From positions 137,384-201,383 of the forward strand of contig CADASL010000002.1 of assembly GCA_902790595.1 (NCBI GenBank): 64,000 bases of DNA. The letters run 5' to 3'. Of the stretch, positions 47,262-56,922 are shown piece by piece. Both the position numbers and the translations under genes were made by a program. Source of the DNA: an uncultured Bacteroidales bacterium. Lineage in GTDB: Bacteria > Bacteroidota > Bacteroidia > Bacteroidales > SZUA-534. Below the pieces are notes generated by a model. The model had not been told where the DNA came from and searched no databases. It saw nothing but the letters and a program-made list of their open reading frames with translations. Position 1 is the stretch's first letter. Every line of letters begins with the position of its first letter.

Positions 47262-47269
47262 TACTTTTG
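47262..47269 (+). promoter_or_regulatory. Candidate -7 promoter box (TACTTTTG) for the M16 peptidase gene
   Basis: TACTTTTG lies 24 nt upstream of the TTG start at 47293. Confidence 0.45.
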
Positions 47270-47292
47270 CGGCTCGATAAAAAGCATAGGTT

Positions 47293-48516
47293 TTGGCCGA
47301 ATACGAATATCATAGGTTGGCGAACGGGATTCGCGTAATTCACAGTAAATCAGACACTCCGGTGGCTCATATGGGCGTGGTGATAAACACTGGCTCGCGC
47401 GATGAGCTCGAAAATGAGCACGGCATTGCCCATATGATTGAGCACGTGATTTTCAAAGGCACGCGCAAACGTAAGGCTTACAACGTGATAAGCTGCCTTG
47501 AGAACGTGGGCGGCGAGATTGACGCCTACACCACCAAAGAGGAAACCTGCGTTTACGGCACTTTCCTGAAGGAATATTACGGCCGCGCAATGGAACTCTT
47601 CGCCGACATCATCTTCAACTCAACCTTCCCCGACCACGAATGCGAGAAAGAGAAGGAAGTGATTGTGGATGAAATAAATTCGTACAAGGACACGCCGGGC
47701 GACCTTATCTTCGACGATTTTGAGGACCTGATTTTCAGCGGACACACCATCGGACGCAACATTCTGGGCACTCCAGAATCGATTGCCAACTACAACCACA
47801 CTGATATTCTGCGGTTTATCGGCCGCACCTACAACACCGACCAGATTGCCATCTGCTCTGTGGGGCCTGTCGATTTCAAGACCATTGTGCGGCTTGCCGA
47901 GCGCCACTTCGGCCCCATTCCCGAAAAGAAACGCGATTTCAAGCGGATACCAGTAAATCCGTACACGCCGCATCTGCTTGAGGTTGAGCTCGACACTCAC
48001 CAGTCGCACTGCATTTTCGGCTGCCGCGCCTACCCCACCGACCACCAGAACCGTCTGGCTTTTGAATTGATAAACAACACCCTGGGCGGCCCCGGAATGA
48101 ACTGCCGACTCAACCTGGCTTTGCGCGAGAAACACGGCTACACCTACAACATCGAGTCGTTCTACACACCATACACCGACACCGGCACGTTCGGCATCTA
48201 TTTTGGCACCGACTACGAGAAAACCGACCGCTGCCTGACCATCATCCGCCGCGAGCTGCGCCGCCTGCGCGAGGAACGAATGGGCTCTCTGCAACTCGAC
48301 CGCGCCAAGAAGCAGATGATTGGCCAGCTGGCTATCAGCACTGAGAACTACTCCGGCCTGATGCTCAACCTCGGCCGCAGCTGCCTGCTCTTCGACACCA
48401 TCGACCCACTGAGCGAGATTTGCGAGAAGATAAACCGCTTCACCAGCAGCGACATTCTGGAAGTGGCCAACGAAATGCTCGATGACAAGAACTTTTCGAC
48501 GCTGATTTTCAAATAG
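47293..48516 (+). CDS. M16 (pitrilysin/insulinase) family zinc peptidase
   Basis: 407 aa with the inverted zinc motif HMIEH (HxxEH) in GIAHMIEHVIFKGT. Confidence 0.85.
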   Translation: MAEYEYHRLANGIRVIHSKSDTPVAHMGVVINTGSRDELENEHGIAHMIEHVIFKGTRKRKAYNVISCLENVGGEIDAYTTKEETCVYGTFLKEYYGRAMELFADIIFNSTFPDHECEKEKEVIVDEINSYKDTPGDLIFDDFEDLIFSGHTIGRNILGTPESIANYNHTDILRFIGRTYNTDQIAICSVGPVDFKTIVRLAERHFGPIPEKKRDFKRIPVNPYTPHLLEVELDTHQSHCIFGCRAYPTDHQNRLAFELINNTLGGPGMNCRLNLALREKHGYTYNIESFYTPYTDTGTFGIYFGTDYEKTDRCLTIIRRELRRLREERMGSLQLDRAKKQMIGQLAISTENYSGLMLNLGRSCLLFDTIDPLSEICEKINRFTSSDILEVANEMLDDKNFSTLIFK

Positions 48517-48816
48517 ATGACATTGGCGGTGCGGTTTTATTGCTAACCAAACTAAACCAAATATATCCAAAACTATGTGTCTTGGGCGCTAACCGATTTT
48601 ATCCGATTCAAACAGATTTTTTATTTCTAACCAAACTTATCCAAACAAACCCGAGTTTTATCCGCAAGCGGATAATGGTTTGGCGGTGTCGCTGCGCGGG
48701 AAATTTTCAGAAAATTATATTAAAAATTTACAAAAAAATTGATTTTAAGAATTTTATAAAATTTTATTTCAAAGTTTTCTTACAATTTCCGCCCGACAGG
48801 GCGCGGCAAAAAACAC

Positions 48817-48851
48817 GTAGGGGCGAATGATTATTCGCCCCTACCGTTTTT
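48817..48851. terminator. GTAG-type 12-bp palindromic hairpin acting as a bidirectional terminator
   Basis: GTAGGGGCGAATgattATTCGCCCCTAC is flanked by T-runs on both strands. It sits between convergent genes. Confidence 0.6.
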
Positions 48852-48873
48852 GTCCGATTCAAACCGAATTATA

Positions 48874-51306
48874 TCAATCGTTTATCATAACGCGTTTGGA
48901 CACGGTGCCAACCTTGACAATGTAAACGCCAGCGCCGTTGACCTGCAATTCTGCACGGCCCGATTCGGCAACCGTAGAGACGTTGCGCGCAACGTCTCTA
49001 CAAACCAATGCGCCCATTGCGTTGTAAACACGGATTTCATCGATGGCGTTCTCAACGACAATTTGGTTATCGTAGGCGTAGATGTTCACTGCATTTGCGG
49101 CAGATTCGTTAATGGCGGTTGGCATAGTTGCTCCCCAAACAACCGGGCGGTCATCCGGATTCCAATTTGATTCCCAACCGGAAGGTTGAGACTCCGCCTC
49201 GCAATAAATAGTCAGGTTATTGCATTGAAAGAAAGCAAAATCCCCAATATAACTAACAGATTTAGGAACACTTACCGATTTAAGACCTTTGCAACCCTTG
49301 AACGAGCAAGCCTCAATATTAGTTACTGAACTAGGGAATTTTACCAATTGCAAGTTTGTGCAACCTTCGAACGCCAATTCACCAATTTTAACAACCGACT
49401 TCCCAATTGTTACTGATGCCAAACCACACCCTGCGAAAGCCTCCTCCCCAATAGTAGTAACCGCATCCGGAATGTCTACCGATGTCAGCAAATCGCAACC
49501 ATAGAACGCTTTATTACCAATACTTTCAACTGAATTTCCGATAGTTACAGTAGTTAATTGGTCGCATAGACTAAACGTTTCATCTTCAATTCTCACAACC
49601 GAATTAGGAATGGCAATTGAAGACATACTGCAGGAATTGAACGCTCCCTTGCCGATGCTGGTAACTGCATCCGGAATGTTTACCGATGCCAGCGACTCGC
49701 AATCGGAGAACGCTCCGGCACCAATTTTTGTTACTGAATTCGGAAGAGTTACAGACGTCAAAGCACAATAAGTGAAAGCGCCATTACCGATACTGGCAAC
49801 CGATTTGCCGATATTAACCGATTTCAGATTATTGCATCCCCAAAAGGCTTCGTCGCCAATGATTTTCACCGAATCTCCAATATTAACGGTTTTTAACGAA
49901 GAAAGGCGTTTAAACATATCTCCGACGGCGTTGGTATTGTATGTCAGAGTTTCAATGTTATCGCAAAATGCGAAAGCTGATTCGGCAATACTTGTAACAG
50001 AATTAGGGATGGTTAACGATGTGAGACTTTCACACTCCGAAAACGCATAATTCCCTATTTTCGAAACCGAACTTCCGATAGTTAACGAAGTCATACGACA
50101 TCCATCGAACGCTCTTTGGCCAATGCTTGTCACAGAATTGCCAAAGGTAACAGACGACAAACTTTGACAATGGTTAAAAGCTTCGTCACCGATGGTTTTT
50201 ACCGCATCAGGAATTGTTACCGACACCAACCCGGCACAATAGGCAAATGCCCCATTTTCAATACTAGTAACAGAATCCCCGATTGTTACCGATGTCAAAT
50301 CGCTTTCTTGGAAAGCTTCTGACCCGATAACTCGGCACCTGTTATTTATTTCGCACGATGTTATATTAGCAGATTCTGCTTTAATTAGTGCGACATACGG
50401 GTTCTCGGCGTTGCCCACATACAAGGCATTGCCATATTTGTTGTATTTCAATTTGTCAGAACCTTCGAACGCAATGATGTCAATCTTAATAGCGGCATCA
50501 GGAATGGAAACCGTTTCCAACAAGGCGCATCTTCCAAACGCGAATCCGGCTATTTTAACATCAGACCCCAAAATTGTTACTGATGCGAGGCTATCACAAT
50601 CGCAGAAAGCGCTTTCACCTATATTAGTAACAGATTCCGGAATGGTTATCGATTTAAGGCCGCTATATTTAAACGCATAGTCTCCAATATTGGTTACTGA
50701 ATTTGGAATGGTTACTGATTTCAACCTATTATTTCCGAACGCATATGTTCCGATGCTGCTAACCGAATTTGGAATGGTCACCGATTTTAGTTCGTTACCA
50801 AAAAACGTGTATGCCTCAATTTTAGTGACAGAATTGGGTATGATTACTGATGTTAAACCAGCACCGGAAAACGCACCCGCGCCAATACTGGTAACTGAAT
50901 TTGGAATAGTTATCGATGTTAGTCCAATACAATTATTGAACGCATATTTTTCAATTGTAGTAACAGAATTCGGAATAGTTACCGTTGCAAGGTGCGTGCA
51001 ACAATCAAACGCCTTCTCGTCGATGATGGTTACTGTATTCGGAATGGTTATTGAAGTAATCAGGCAATACTGGAATGCACACATACGAATGCTGGTAATT
51101 GTATATGTTACCCCATTAATATCCACAGATGATGGAAGCACAATGTCTCCCGTCAAAGTGTCTGCTTTACAACCAACAGAAACTTCGTGTTTCGAGGTGC
51201 TGGTCACTATGTATTTCAAATTGTCAACGGTAAAAGTGGTCTGCCCCCACACCTGCCCTGCAAGCATTGCGGCAAATAGGAAAGTGAAAATGCGTTTCAT
51301 CTTCAA
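48874..51306 (-). CDS. BspA-type leucine-rich-repeat surface protein with T9SS C-terminal sorting domain
   Basis: 810 aa with a signal peptide and about 25 tandem units of the IPNSVTSIGxxAFxxCxxLTSVT type. The C-terminus VYNAMG...GVYIVKVG is a T9SS CTD. Confidence 0.85.
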   Translation of the reverse strand: MKMKRIFTFLFAAMLAGQVWGQTTFTVDNLKYIVTSTSKHEVSVGCKADTLTGDIVLPSSVDINGVTYTITSIRMCAFQYCLITSITIPNTVTIIDEKAFDCCTHLATVTIPNSVTTIEKYAFNNCIGLTSITIPNSVTSIGAGAFSGAGLTSVIIPNSVTKIEAYTFFGNELKSVTIPNSVSSIGTYAFGNNRLKSVTIPNSVTNIGDYAFKYSGLKSITIPESVTNIGESAFCDCDSLASVTILGSDVKIAGFAFGRCALLETVSIPDAAIKIDIIAFEGSDKLKYNKYGNALYVGNAENPYVALIKAESANITSCEINNRCRVIGSEAFQESDLTSVTIGDSVTSIENGAFAYCAGLVSVTIPDAVKTIGDEAFNHCQSLSSVTFGNSVTSIGQRAFDGCRMTSLTIGSSVSKIGNYAFSECESLTSLTIPNSVTSIAESAFAFCDNIETLTYNTNAVGDMFKRLSSLKTVNIGDSVKIIGDEAFWGCNNLKSVNIGKSVASIGNGAFTYCALTSVTLPNSVTKIGAGAFSDCESLASVNIPDAVTSIGKGAFNSCSMSSIAIPNSVVRIEDETFSLCDQLTTVTIGNSVESIGNKAFYGCDLLTSVDIPDAVTTIGEEAFAGCGLASVTIGKSVVKIGELAFEGCTNLQLVKFPSSVTNIEACSFKGCKGLKSVSVPKSVSYIGDFAFFQCNNLTIYCEAESQPSGWESNWNPDDRPVVWGATMPTAINESAANAVNIYAYDNQIVVENAIDEIRVYNAMGALVCRDVARNVSTVAESGRAELQVNGAGVYIVKVGTVSKRVMIND
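48974..49001. repeat. Perfect 28-bp palindrome inside the LRR gene's CTD-coding region
   Basis: GTAGAGACGTTGCG|CGCAACGTCTCTAC encodes ..RDVARNVST.. within the sorting domain. Confidence 0.85.
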
Positions 51307-51341
51307 TTATTAGTTAGTTATCCGTGTAAAAAATATATCAG

Positions 51342-51349
51342 CAAATATA
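51342..51349 (-). promoter_or_regulatory. Candidate -7 promoter box (TATATTTG) for the LRR gene
   Basis: Minus-strand TATATTTG lies 36 nt upstream of the ATG at 51306. Confidence 0.45.
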
Positions 51350-51410
51350 GGCTTTTATTAAGCGAAAAGCACGTACTGAAGCCTAAATTTGTGTCACATT
51401 ATTACACTTA

Positions 51411-52013
51411 TCAGAAAAGCGGCAATTCCAACTGTGTGTCAAGCAAGCGGAACGAGCGGCGGTGATAAGGCGTTGGGCCGTATTTGGCAATGGCCGCGCG
51501 GTGGTCGGCGGTTGGGTAGCCCTTGTTTTTGGCCCAGTTATATTGCGGAAATTCGCGGTCAATCTGCACCATAAAGTCATCGCGGAAGGTTTTGGCCAGC
51601 ACCGAGGCCGCCGCAATCGACAGATATTTGCCATCGCCCTTCACAATCGTCTGGTATTTAATGCCGTTGTAGGGTTTGAATCGGTTGCCATCAACAATGA
51701 TGAACTCGGGCCGCACAGCAAGCTGGTCGAGGGCCAGATGCATCGATTTTATGGATGCGTTCAGGATGTTTATTTCGTCGATTTGTGGGGCATCGAGTTT
51801 TGCAACGGCGTAAGCCACGGCCTCGCGCATAATTACATCGCGCAGCTGATAGCGCTGCTTCTCGGTCAATTGCTTGGAGTCGTTAAGGCGGTCGTTGCTG
51901 AAATCGGGCGGCAGAATGACGGCGGCCGCAAACACCGGACCGGCAAGACATCCGCGCCCGGCTTCGTCGCAGCCGGCCTCGTTAGCCAATCCGCTGAAGT
52001 TGAGCTCAAGCAT
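51411..52013 (-). CDS. rnhB: Ribonuclease HII
   Basis: 200 aa with the catalytic motif [14 protein letters not shown]. Confidence 0.9.
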   Translation of the reverse strand: MLELNFSGLANEAGCDEAGRGCLAGPVFAAAVILPPDFSNDRLNDSKQLTEKQRYQLRDVIMREAVAYAVAKLDAPQIDEINILNASIKSMHLALDQLAVRPEFIIVDGNRFKPYNGIKYQTIVKGDGKYLSIAAASVLAKTFRDDFMVQIDREFPQYNWAKNKGYPTADHRAAIAKYGPTPYHRRSFRLLDTQLELPLF

Positions 52014-53269
52014 TAGTAGAAACGGCGTTTCTGGAACCAGTAGTCGATGTAGGTCAGGTTCAGGCCGAATTGCAGCACGTGGTCGAGAACCAGCAGGTTG
52101 TCGAGCGTGCCTTGCCGCTTATACATACAATAGGTGTTGAAGCGGATTGTCCGTATGCGGAAGCCAACGCCAACCGATGTGCGGTACGATTTCAGCACAT
52201 AATGGTCGATTTTGGTTGTGCCCGACTCGTAGCCGGCTCCGGCGCGGAAAACTAGGTCGAAATCGCGCCCCAGACGCCTTGGAATATACTCGGCGCCAAG
52301 GCTGAACGACTTGCTGTCAATCAGTTTCGAGCGCAAATCGCTCACATCGAGCTTCGAAAGCGGATTGTAGTTGAAATCTCCCGCAAGGGTGAATCCGCCG
52401 GAATTGTACGACAGGCCCACACCGGCAGTGGCCGGCAGAGTGGTGACGCGGTCGTAATCGTTATTGTCAAAATAAATGGTATCAACGTAACCAATCTGAT
52501 AGAATGTGTTGGTAACCAGCTGTGTGCGCTCGCACTTCAAAATACCGGGCGTGCTGGCAATCAAACCTAAGGTGAGGTTCTTGTTTTTGGCCAGACGGAA
52601 ATTCTGCTGGAATCCGAAATCGAGCTTGCCGCCAACATAATAGTCAGAATTTTCGATGTAGATTGAGAACGCGTCGGCCGATGAGAGCGCTATTGACTGC
52701 CGCTCGGTTTTGGGACCGAAGAGCATTGTGGCGTTCATACCTATCGATGTGTTTTTGAACAAGTTGACGCCCAATCCGGCATACACGCGAGTCAGACCGC
52801 CGATGCCATCGACGTACGACATATAACGGCTCTGCCCGCCGCCCGACACATACTCGGTCGACTCAATTGTGTAGCCCACGCTTGTGTAGGGCGCAATGCC
52901 GAACGAGATGCCGAGGTTCTGGTTGGGCGCAAAAGTGAGCGAGAAATATGAGATGTTGCCGTTCAGCTTGTCGCCCTCGCGCAAATGGTTGTCAATATAT
53001 TCGTAATTAAGGTTCAGTCCGATGTCCATCAGCACCATTGTGGAGTCGATTGAGGCATACGACGCGGGGTTGATGTTGTTCACATTGTTGGCCGAGCGCA
53101 GACCGATGCCGGTGCCACCCATAGCAATATTACGGCCGTAGCCCGGCTGCTCGTAGATGCCAATTCCGTATTTTGAGTATGGCGATATGGTGTTGTTCTG
53201 CGCCGACAGGCTGCCTGCCATAGCCATCACCATAAACAATGCTATTTCAATTGAGCGTCTTGTAATCAT
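52013..53269 (-). CDS. Outer-membrane beta-barrel protein, family unassigned
   Basis: 418 aa with a signal peptide and alternating beta-strand pattern, Gly/aromatic rich, ending in an aromatic residue (..RRFY). Confidence 0.5.
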   Translation of the reverse strand: MITRRSIEIALFMVMAMAGSLSAQNNTISPYSKYGIGIYEQPGYGRNIAMGGTGIGLRSANNVNNINPASYASIDSTMVLMDIGLNLNYEYIDNHLREGDKLNGNISYFSLTFAPNQNLGISFGIAPYTSVGYTIESTEYVSGGGQSRYMSYVDGIGGLTRVYAGLGVNLFKNTSIGMNATMLFGPKTERQSIALSSADAFSIYIENSDYYVGGKLDFGFQQNFRLAKNKNLTLGLIASTPGILKCERTQLVTNTFYQIGYVDTIYFDNNDYDRVTTLPATAGVGLSYNSGGFTLAGDFNYNPLSKLDVSDLRSKLIDSKSFSLGAEYIPRRLGRDFDLVFRAGAGYESGTTKIDHYVLKSYRTSVGVGFRIRTIRFNTYCMYKRQGTLDNLLVLDHVLQFGLNLTYIDYWFQKRRFY

Positions 53270-54626
53270 AAGTTACATAATAAATTTGCAATTGCACGTA
53301 CTCGGCAAACTGCGTGTTATCGTCAACAATAAGGCGCTTAAAGAGCGATGAGTTCTCGTTGTCGGACGGCATAACAATGAGTGCCATCGGGTTTTCGGTG
53401 TTGTCGGTTTGTATGCTGATGAATTTCCGCACAAACCAGATTACCGAGAACATATAATACGGCTCGCCGTTTGTATTGTAATAGATTGGCGAGCTTACAA
53501 CATTGCCCGAAATGTCGGTCAGGTTCGACTGCAAGTCGTTTGAATCGTCGGTTAAAATCAGAAAGAGCCTCGACGGCAGAGGTGTGGCCTCGTCGTACGT
53601 ATAATCCTTTGGTCTGATGATAAGCCGCGCGTCGGCCACGCTCATATACTCCGATGCCGAATTGAGGCTGGCAAGTGTCGGGAAATCGATGCGCAGAACC
53701 ATTCCGCTGCCGGTTTGAATGTACGACACGTGGTCGCTCTCCGACGAATACACCTTGCCCCCGTCGATTTGCAGAGTGTCAAACGGTGTGCCGGAGCGGT
53801 CGTTGCCGAAATAAACGTACTGATACGAATTGGTTTTGGGCACGAAAGTCATATAGGAGCCCAACTCGTCGTCGCCGGGCTGGTGGTAGCAGAGCCGAAT
53901 CTCGAACTGCAGAACATCGTCAACCATTCTCGATTCGGGGATTCCGGTGCTTGATGTCACGAAATCGAGCCCCCACGTGCAATCGGTGGTTTGCGGCACA
54001 ATGCAGATGCCCTTGAAATAATCAAGAAAATATTCGGTTTTGTCCATCGCATCGTCGCCGTCGCGAACCATTTCAAACCATTTTCTTCCCAAGCTGTCGC
54101 TGAGGTGCGCCCACGACACCATTCTGCGTTTGGGGAACGGGTCGATGGTGACGGTGGCCAGTTCGGTATCGGACCGTTTGAGCTGAATGTGGTTGAACAT
54201 CTGCTGCTGGTCGGAATAGTAGCGCGGACGGATTTCCTCCAAAACCTCGTAGATTTTCACCTCTTTGGGTTTCAGTGTGTCGCCAACCCAACCGCCCTTC
54301 GGTTTGAAGCAAATGATGAGGCTGTCGTATTCGGCGTCATCCGGGATGTTGGTTTTCGTTGAAAAGACAATCGGAATGTATGTTTCGGCCGACACGTTGC
54401 CCGCCTTCTCGTCTTTGCAATAGCCCATAAAAATATCGGTGTTGCCCGATGTGATAAAGCTGTCGAGCCTAACGGTGGACAGTCTCAGCGAGAACGAATC
54501 GACGTAGCCCAGCACCGCTCTGCTGTCGGTGAAGACGTCGCCCACAACGCGCGAGTCGCCGTCGGGGTCGCACGTGCAGAAAATTGCAGCAACAACGCCA
54601 ATCAACAATAAAATGCGAATCTTCAT
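53247..54626 (-). CDS. DUF4270-like lipoprotein
   Basis: The ATG at 54626 gives MKIRILLLIGVVAAIFCTC (lipobox). The assignment is from memory of the family's length and pattern, and is tentative. Confidence 0.5.
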   Translation of the reverse strand: MKIRILLLIGVVAAIFCTCDPDGDSRVVGDVFTDSRAVLGYVDSFSLRLSTVRLDSFITSGNTDIFMGYCKDEKAGNVSAETYIPIVFSTKTNIPDDAEYDSLIICFKPKGGWVGDTLKPKEVKIYEVLEEIRPRYYSDQQQMFNHIQLKRSDTELATVTIDPFPKRRMVSWAHLSDSLGRKWFEMVRDGDDAMDKTEYFLDYFKGICIVPQTTDCTWGLDFVTSSTGIPESRMVDDVLQFEIRLCYHQPGDDELGSYMTFVPKTNSYQYVYFGNDRSGTPFDTLQIDGGKVYSSESDHVSYIQTGSGMVLRIDFPTLASLNSASEYMSVADARLIIRPKDYTYDEATPLPSRLFLILTDDSNDLQSNLTDISGNVVSSPIYYNTNGEPYYMFSVIWFVRKFISIQTDNTENPMALIVMPSDNENSSLFKRLIVDDNTQFAEYVQLQIYYVTYDYKTLN

Positions 54627-54763
54627 ATTTTCCAAAAACGGATAGTATCCAATTAAATGCGTCGGCGTCGGTTGCGGAATCGCGGTCCGGCACAAGACGC
54701 GGCAAAATAACTACATAAATCTAACAAACGCGAATTTTTTGAGAATATTTCGCGAGCAGATAG

Positions 54764-54800
54764 TTGAACTTAAAACTTCATAACTTATAACTTAAAACTT
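54764..54800 (-). repeat. 7-8 nt tandem array, AAGTTTT family, overlapping the maf stop codon
   Basis: On the minus strand, AAGTTTTAAGTT occurs at 54800..54789 (containing the maf TAA) and again at 54778..54767. Confidence 0.75.
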
Positions 54801-55370
54801 TTTCAACTCCTGATAGAGCCGCTGAACAGGCAGGCCCATCACGTTGAAGTACGACCCTTCGATGCGCTCCACGCCCACGTAGCCAATCCACTCCTGAATG
54901 CCGTACGAGCCAGCCTTGTCGAAAGGTTTGAAGGTATCGACATAATAAGTTATCTCACTATCGTCGAGCGGACGGAAAAACACATCGGTGGCAACGCTGA
55001 ACACGCTTTTTTTCTGATTGGTTTTCAGGCAGACGCCCGTGAAAACCGTGTGCTTGCGCCCCGAGAGCTGCCGAAGCATAGCAATGGCTCCGCTCCTGTC
55101 CTTCGGCTTACCAAGCACCATATCGTCAATCCAGACGATGGTGTCAGCGGTGATGAGCAACTGATTGTCAGCTAGTTCGCAATCAAAAGCCGATGCTTTC
55201 AGATTGGCCAGATGCTCCACAATCTGCGCGCCTTTGAGCGTGGGCGGATAGGTTTCGGCGGTGTCGCGCAGCATAATCGAGAATTCGGGCACAATCTCCT
55301 TCAGAAGCGCCTGCCGACGCGGCGATTTCGACGCCAAAACAACCTTGTATCTATCTGTTATAAAATCCAT
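54792..55370 (-). CDS. maf: Maf-family nucleoside triphosphate pyrophosphatase
   Basis: 192 aa with VLASKSPRRQALLKEI and KAGSYGIQE motifs. Confidence 0.9.
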   Translation of the reverse strand: MDFITDRYKVVLASKSPRRQALLKEIVPEFSIMLRDTAETYPPTLKGAQIVEHLANLKASAFDCELADNQLLITADTIVWIDDMVLGKPKDRSGAIAMLRQLSGRKHTVFTGVCLKTNQKKSVFSVATDVFFRPLDDSEITYYVDTFKPFDKAGSYGIQEWIGYVGVERIEGSYFNVMGLPVQRLYQELKKF

Positions 55371-56833
55371 TATCGTTGATTCTCAAAATATTTCAGTTCG
55401 AATGTGTGATTGACGCACGCGGGCAGTTCGTGCGCGTTATGAGTCACAAACACAAGCGTTTTGCCAGGCTGGCCGCAAAAATCGTTGACAATGCCGATGC
55501 AACGTTGCAGATTTCGGTTGTCGAGTCCGTGGAAAGGCTCGTCAAGTATCAGAACCTCAGGATTTTTCACCAGCGTGCGGGCAAAAAGCACAAGCCGCTG
55601 CTCGGCCGATGAAATCTTCAGGAACGACCGTCCTTCGAGATGGCTGATGCCGACAACCTGCATTACGTAACGCGCCGTCAGCTCCTGCTCGGGGCTGCAC
55701 TTGCGGTAAAGTCCGATGCTATCGAAAAAGCCCGACTCCACAATCTTCAGACAATCAACAGGTTCGCGGTAATAAAGGTGCATTTCGGACGACGTGAACC
55801 CGATGCGTTTTTTGATATCCCAGATGCTCTCGCCCGTGCCGCGCTGGCGCCCGAACAGAGCAATATCCTTGGCGTAGGCCTGCGGATTGTCGGCAAAAAT
55901 GTAACTCAGCAGCGTCGATTTGCCCGTGCCGTTAAGCCCTTGCAGCGCCCATTTCTCGCCGCGCTTTATTGTCCAGTTAAGATGCTGCTGCACAATGTGT
56001 TTGCCGTAAGAAATCTCGATGTCGCGCATTTCAACAACCGTTTCGCTCTGCGATGGTTCGATGGTCGGAATGCGGCTCCAGTCGATGGCTGGCGCCGATG
56101 GCAGCGTTTCGGGTTGCGGCTTAAACTCCGACACTGGCCCGCAATAAGTTATTTTACAACCATTTAACTGCAGAATATGCGTTGTGCTCGACGGAATGCG
56201 GTCGGCCGTTGGGCTGATGAACATTATCTGCACGCCCGTCTGCGGCAATCCTGACAGCAACTCATCGACTTGCGGTACCATCTTGATATCCAGACCGTTG
56301 AACGGATTATCAAAAATCAGCATTCGAGGCTTTTCCAACAGCGCTTTCGCGATAATCATTCGGCGCATCTCACCGCTCGAAAGGTGAATAATGCGGCGGT
56401 TGAGCAGCGATTGAATGTTCAGCAAACGGAACAGCGGATTGCCGTTAAGTTCCTCAATCTGCGCCGTCTTGAACATCTCCGACAAAAACGGGCACTCCTC
56501 AACCTCGGTACTGTGGAACCGCTGCTGATAGTACATCTGCTTGAAATCGTCGGCCGAATAAGCCGATTTGAAATTCACTGTCTTAATGAATTTGTCGGGC
56601 CAAAGCGTCTGATATTCCGACGTGCGCATCGCCTCAAGGAAATGATAGACAATTTCGCCCTCGTCGGCAAAAAATTTTCCGCGCAAGATGTTTGCCATCG
56701 TCGTCTTGCCGCTGGCGTTGTCGCCCACAATGGTCCACACCTCGCCCTCGCGAATCTCCCAATTGATTGGCTCTGGAAAAATCGCATCATCGATGCGCGG
56801 ACGGTAGTTTTTTATAGTAATGAATTTTGTCAT
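55370..56833 (-). CDS. Tandem-domain ABC ATPase (ModF-like), no adjacent permease
   Basis: 487 aa with two Walker A sites (GDNASGKTT, GLNGTGKST) and two LSxGE signatures. Confidence 0.8.
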   Translation of the reverse strand: MTKFITIKNYRPRIDDAIFPEPINWEIREGEVWTIVGDNASGKTTMANILRGKFFADEGEIVYHFLEAMRTSEYQTLWPDKFIKTVNFKSAYSADDFKQMYYQQRFHSTEVEECPFLSEMFKTAQIEELNGNPLFRLLNIQSLLNRRIIHLSSGEMRRMIIAKALLEKPRMLIFDNPFNGLDIKMVPQVDELLSGLPQTGVQIMFISPTADRIPSSTTHILQLNGCKITYCGPVSEFKPQPETLPSAPAIDWSRIPTIEPSQSETVVEMRDIEISYGKHIVQQHLNWTIKRGEKWALQGLNGTGKSTLLSYIFADNPQAYAKDIALFGRQRGTGESIWDIKKRIGFTSSEMHLYYREPVDCLKIVESGFFDSIGLYRKCSPEQELTARYVMQVVGISHLEGRSFLKISSAEQRLVLFARTLVKNPEVLILDEPFHGLDNRNLQRCIGIVNDFCGQPGKTLVFVTHNAHELPACVNHTFELKYFENQR

Positions 56834-56858
56834 AGGTGTTGGTTATAAGGCATTAGGC

Positions 56859-56922
56859 ATTAGTTCAATTATTCACGCATTCAATCATTCAGTCCTTCAC
56901 GCATTCAATCCTTCAATCCTTC
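56859..56922 (-). repeat. Octamer tandem array, 8 x 8 nt (GAAGGATT family)
   Basis: The minus strand reads gaaggatt|gaaggatt|gaatgcgt|gaaggact|gaatgatt|gaatgcgt|gaataatt|gaactaat. It starts immediately after the ung stop and shares an exact 22-mer with 45571..45592. Confidence 0.8.

Noticed and set aside
48540-48830. 96-aa plus-strand ORF in the convergent intergenic region.
   Set aside because: It is translated from AT-rich low-complexity repeats (..KIILKIYKKIDFKNFIKFYFKVF..) and starts with a non-ATG codon. It sits downstream of a gene end with no promoter, so I treat the region as non-coding.
48874-51306. Highly periodic DNA that could be mistaken for a CRISPR-like or other non-coding array.
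   Set aside because: The periodicity is the roughly 23-25-codon leucine-rich-repeat unit of one long intact ORF with a signal peptide and a T9SS CTD. The units are degenerate at DNA level, with no unique spacers.
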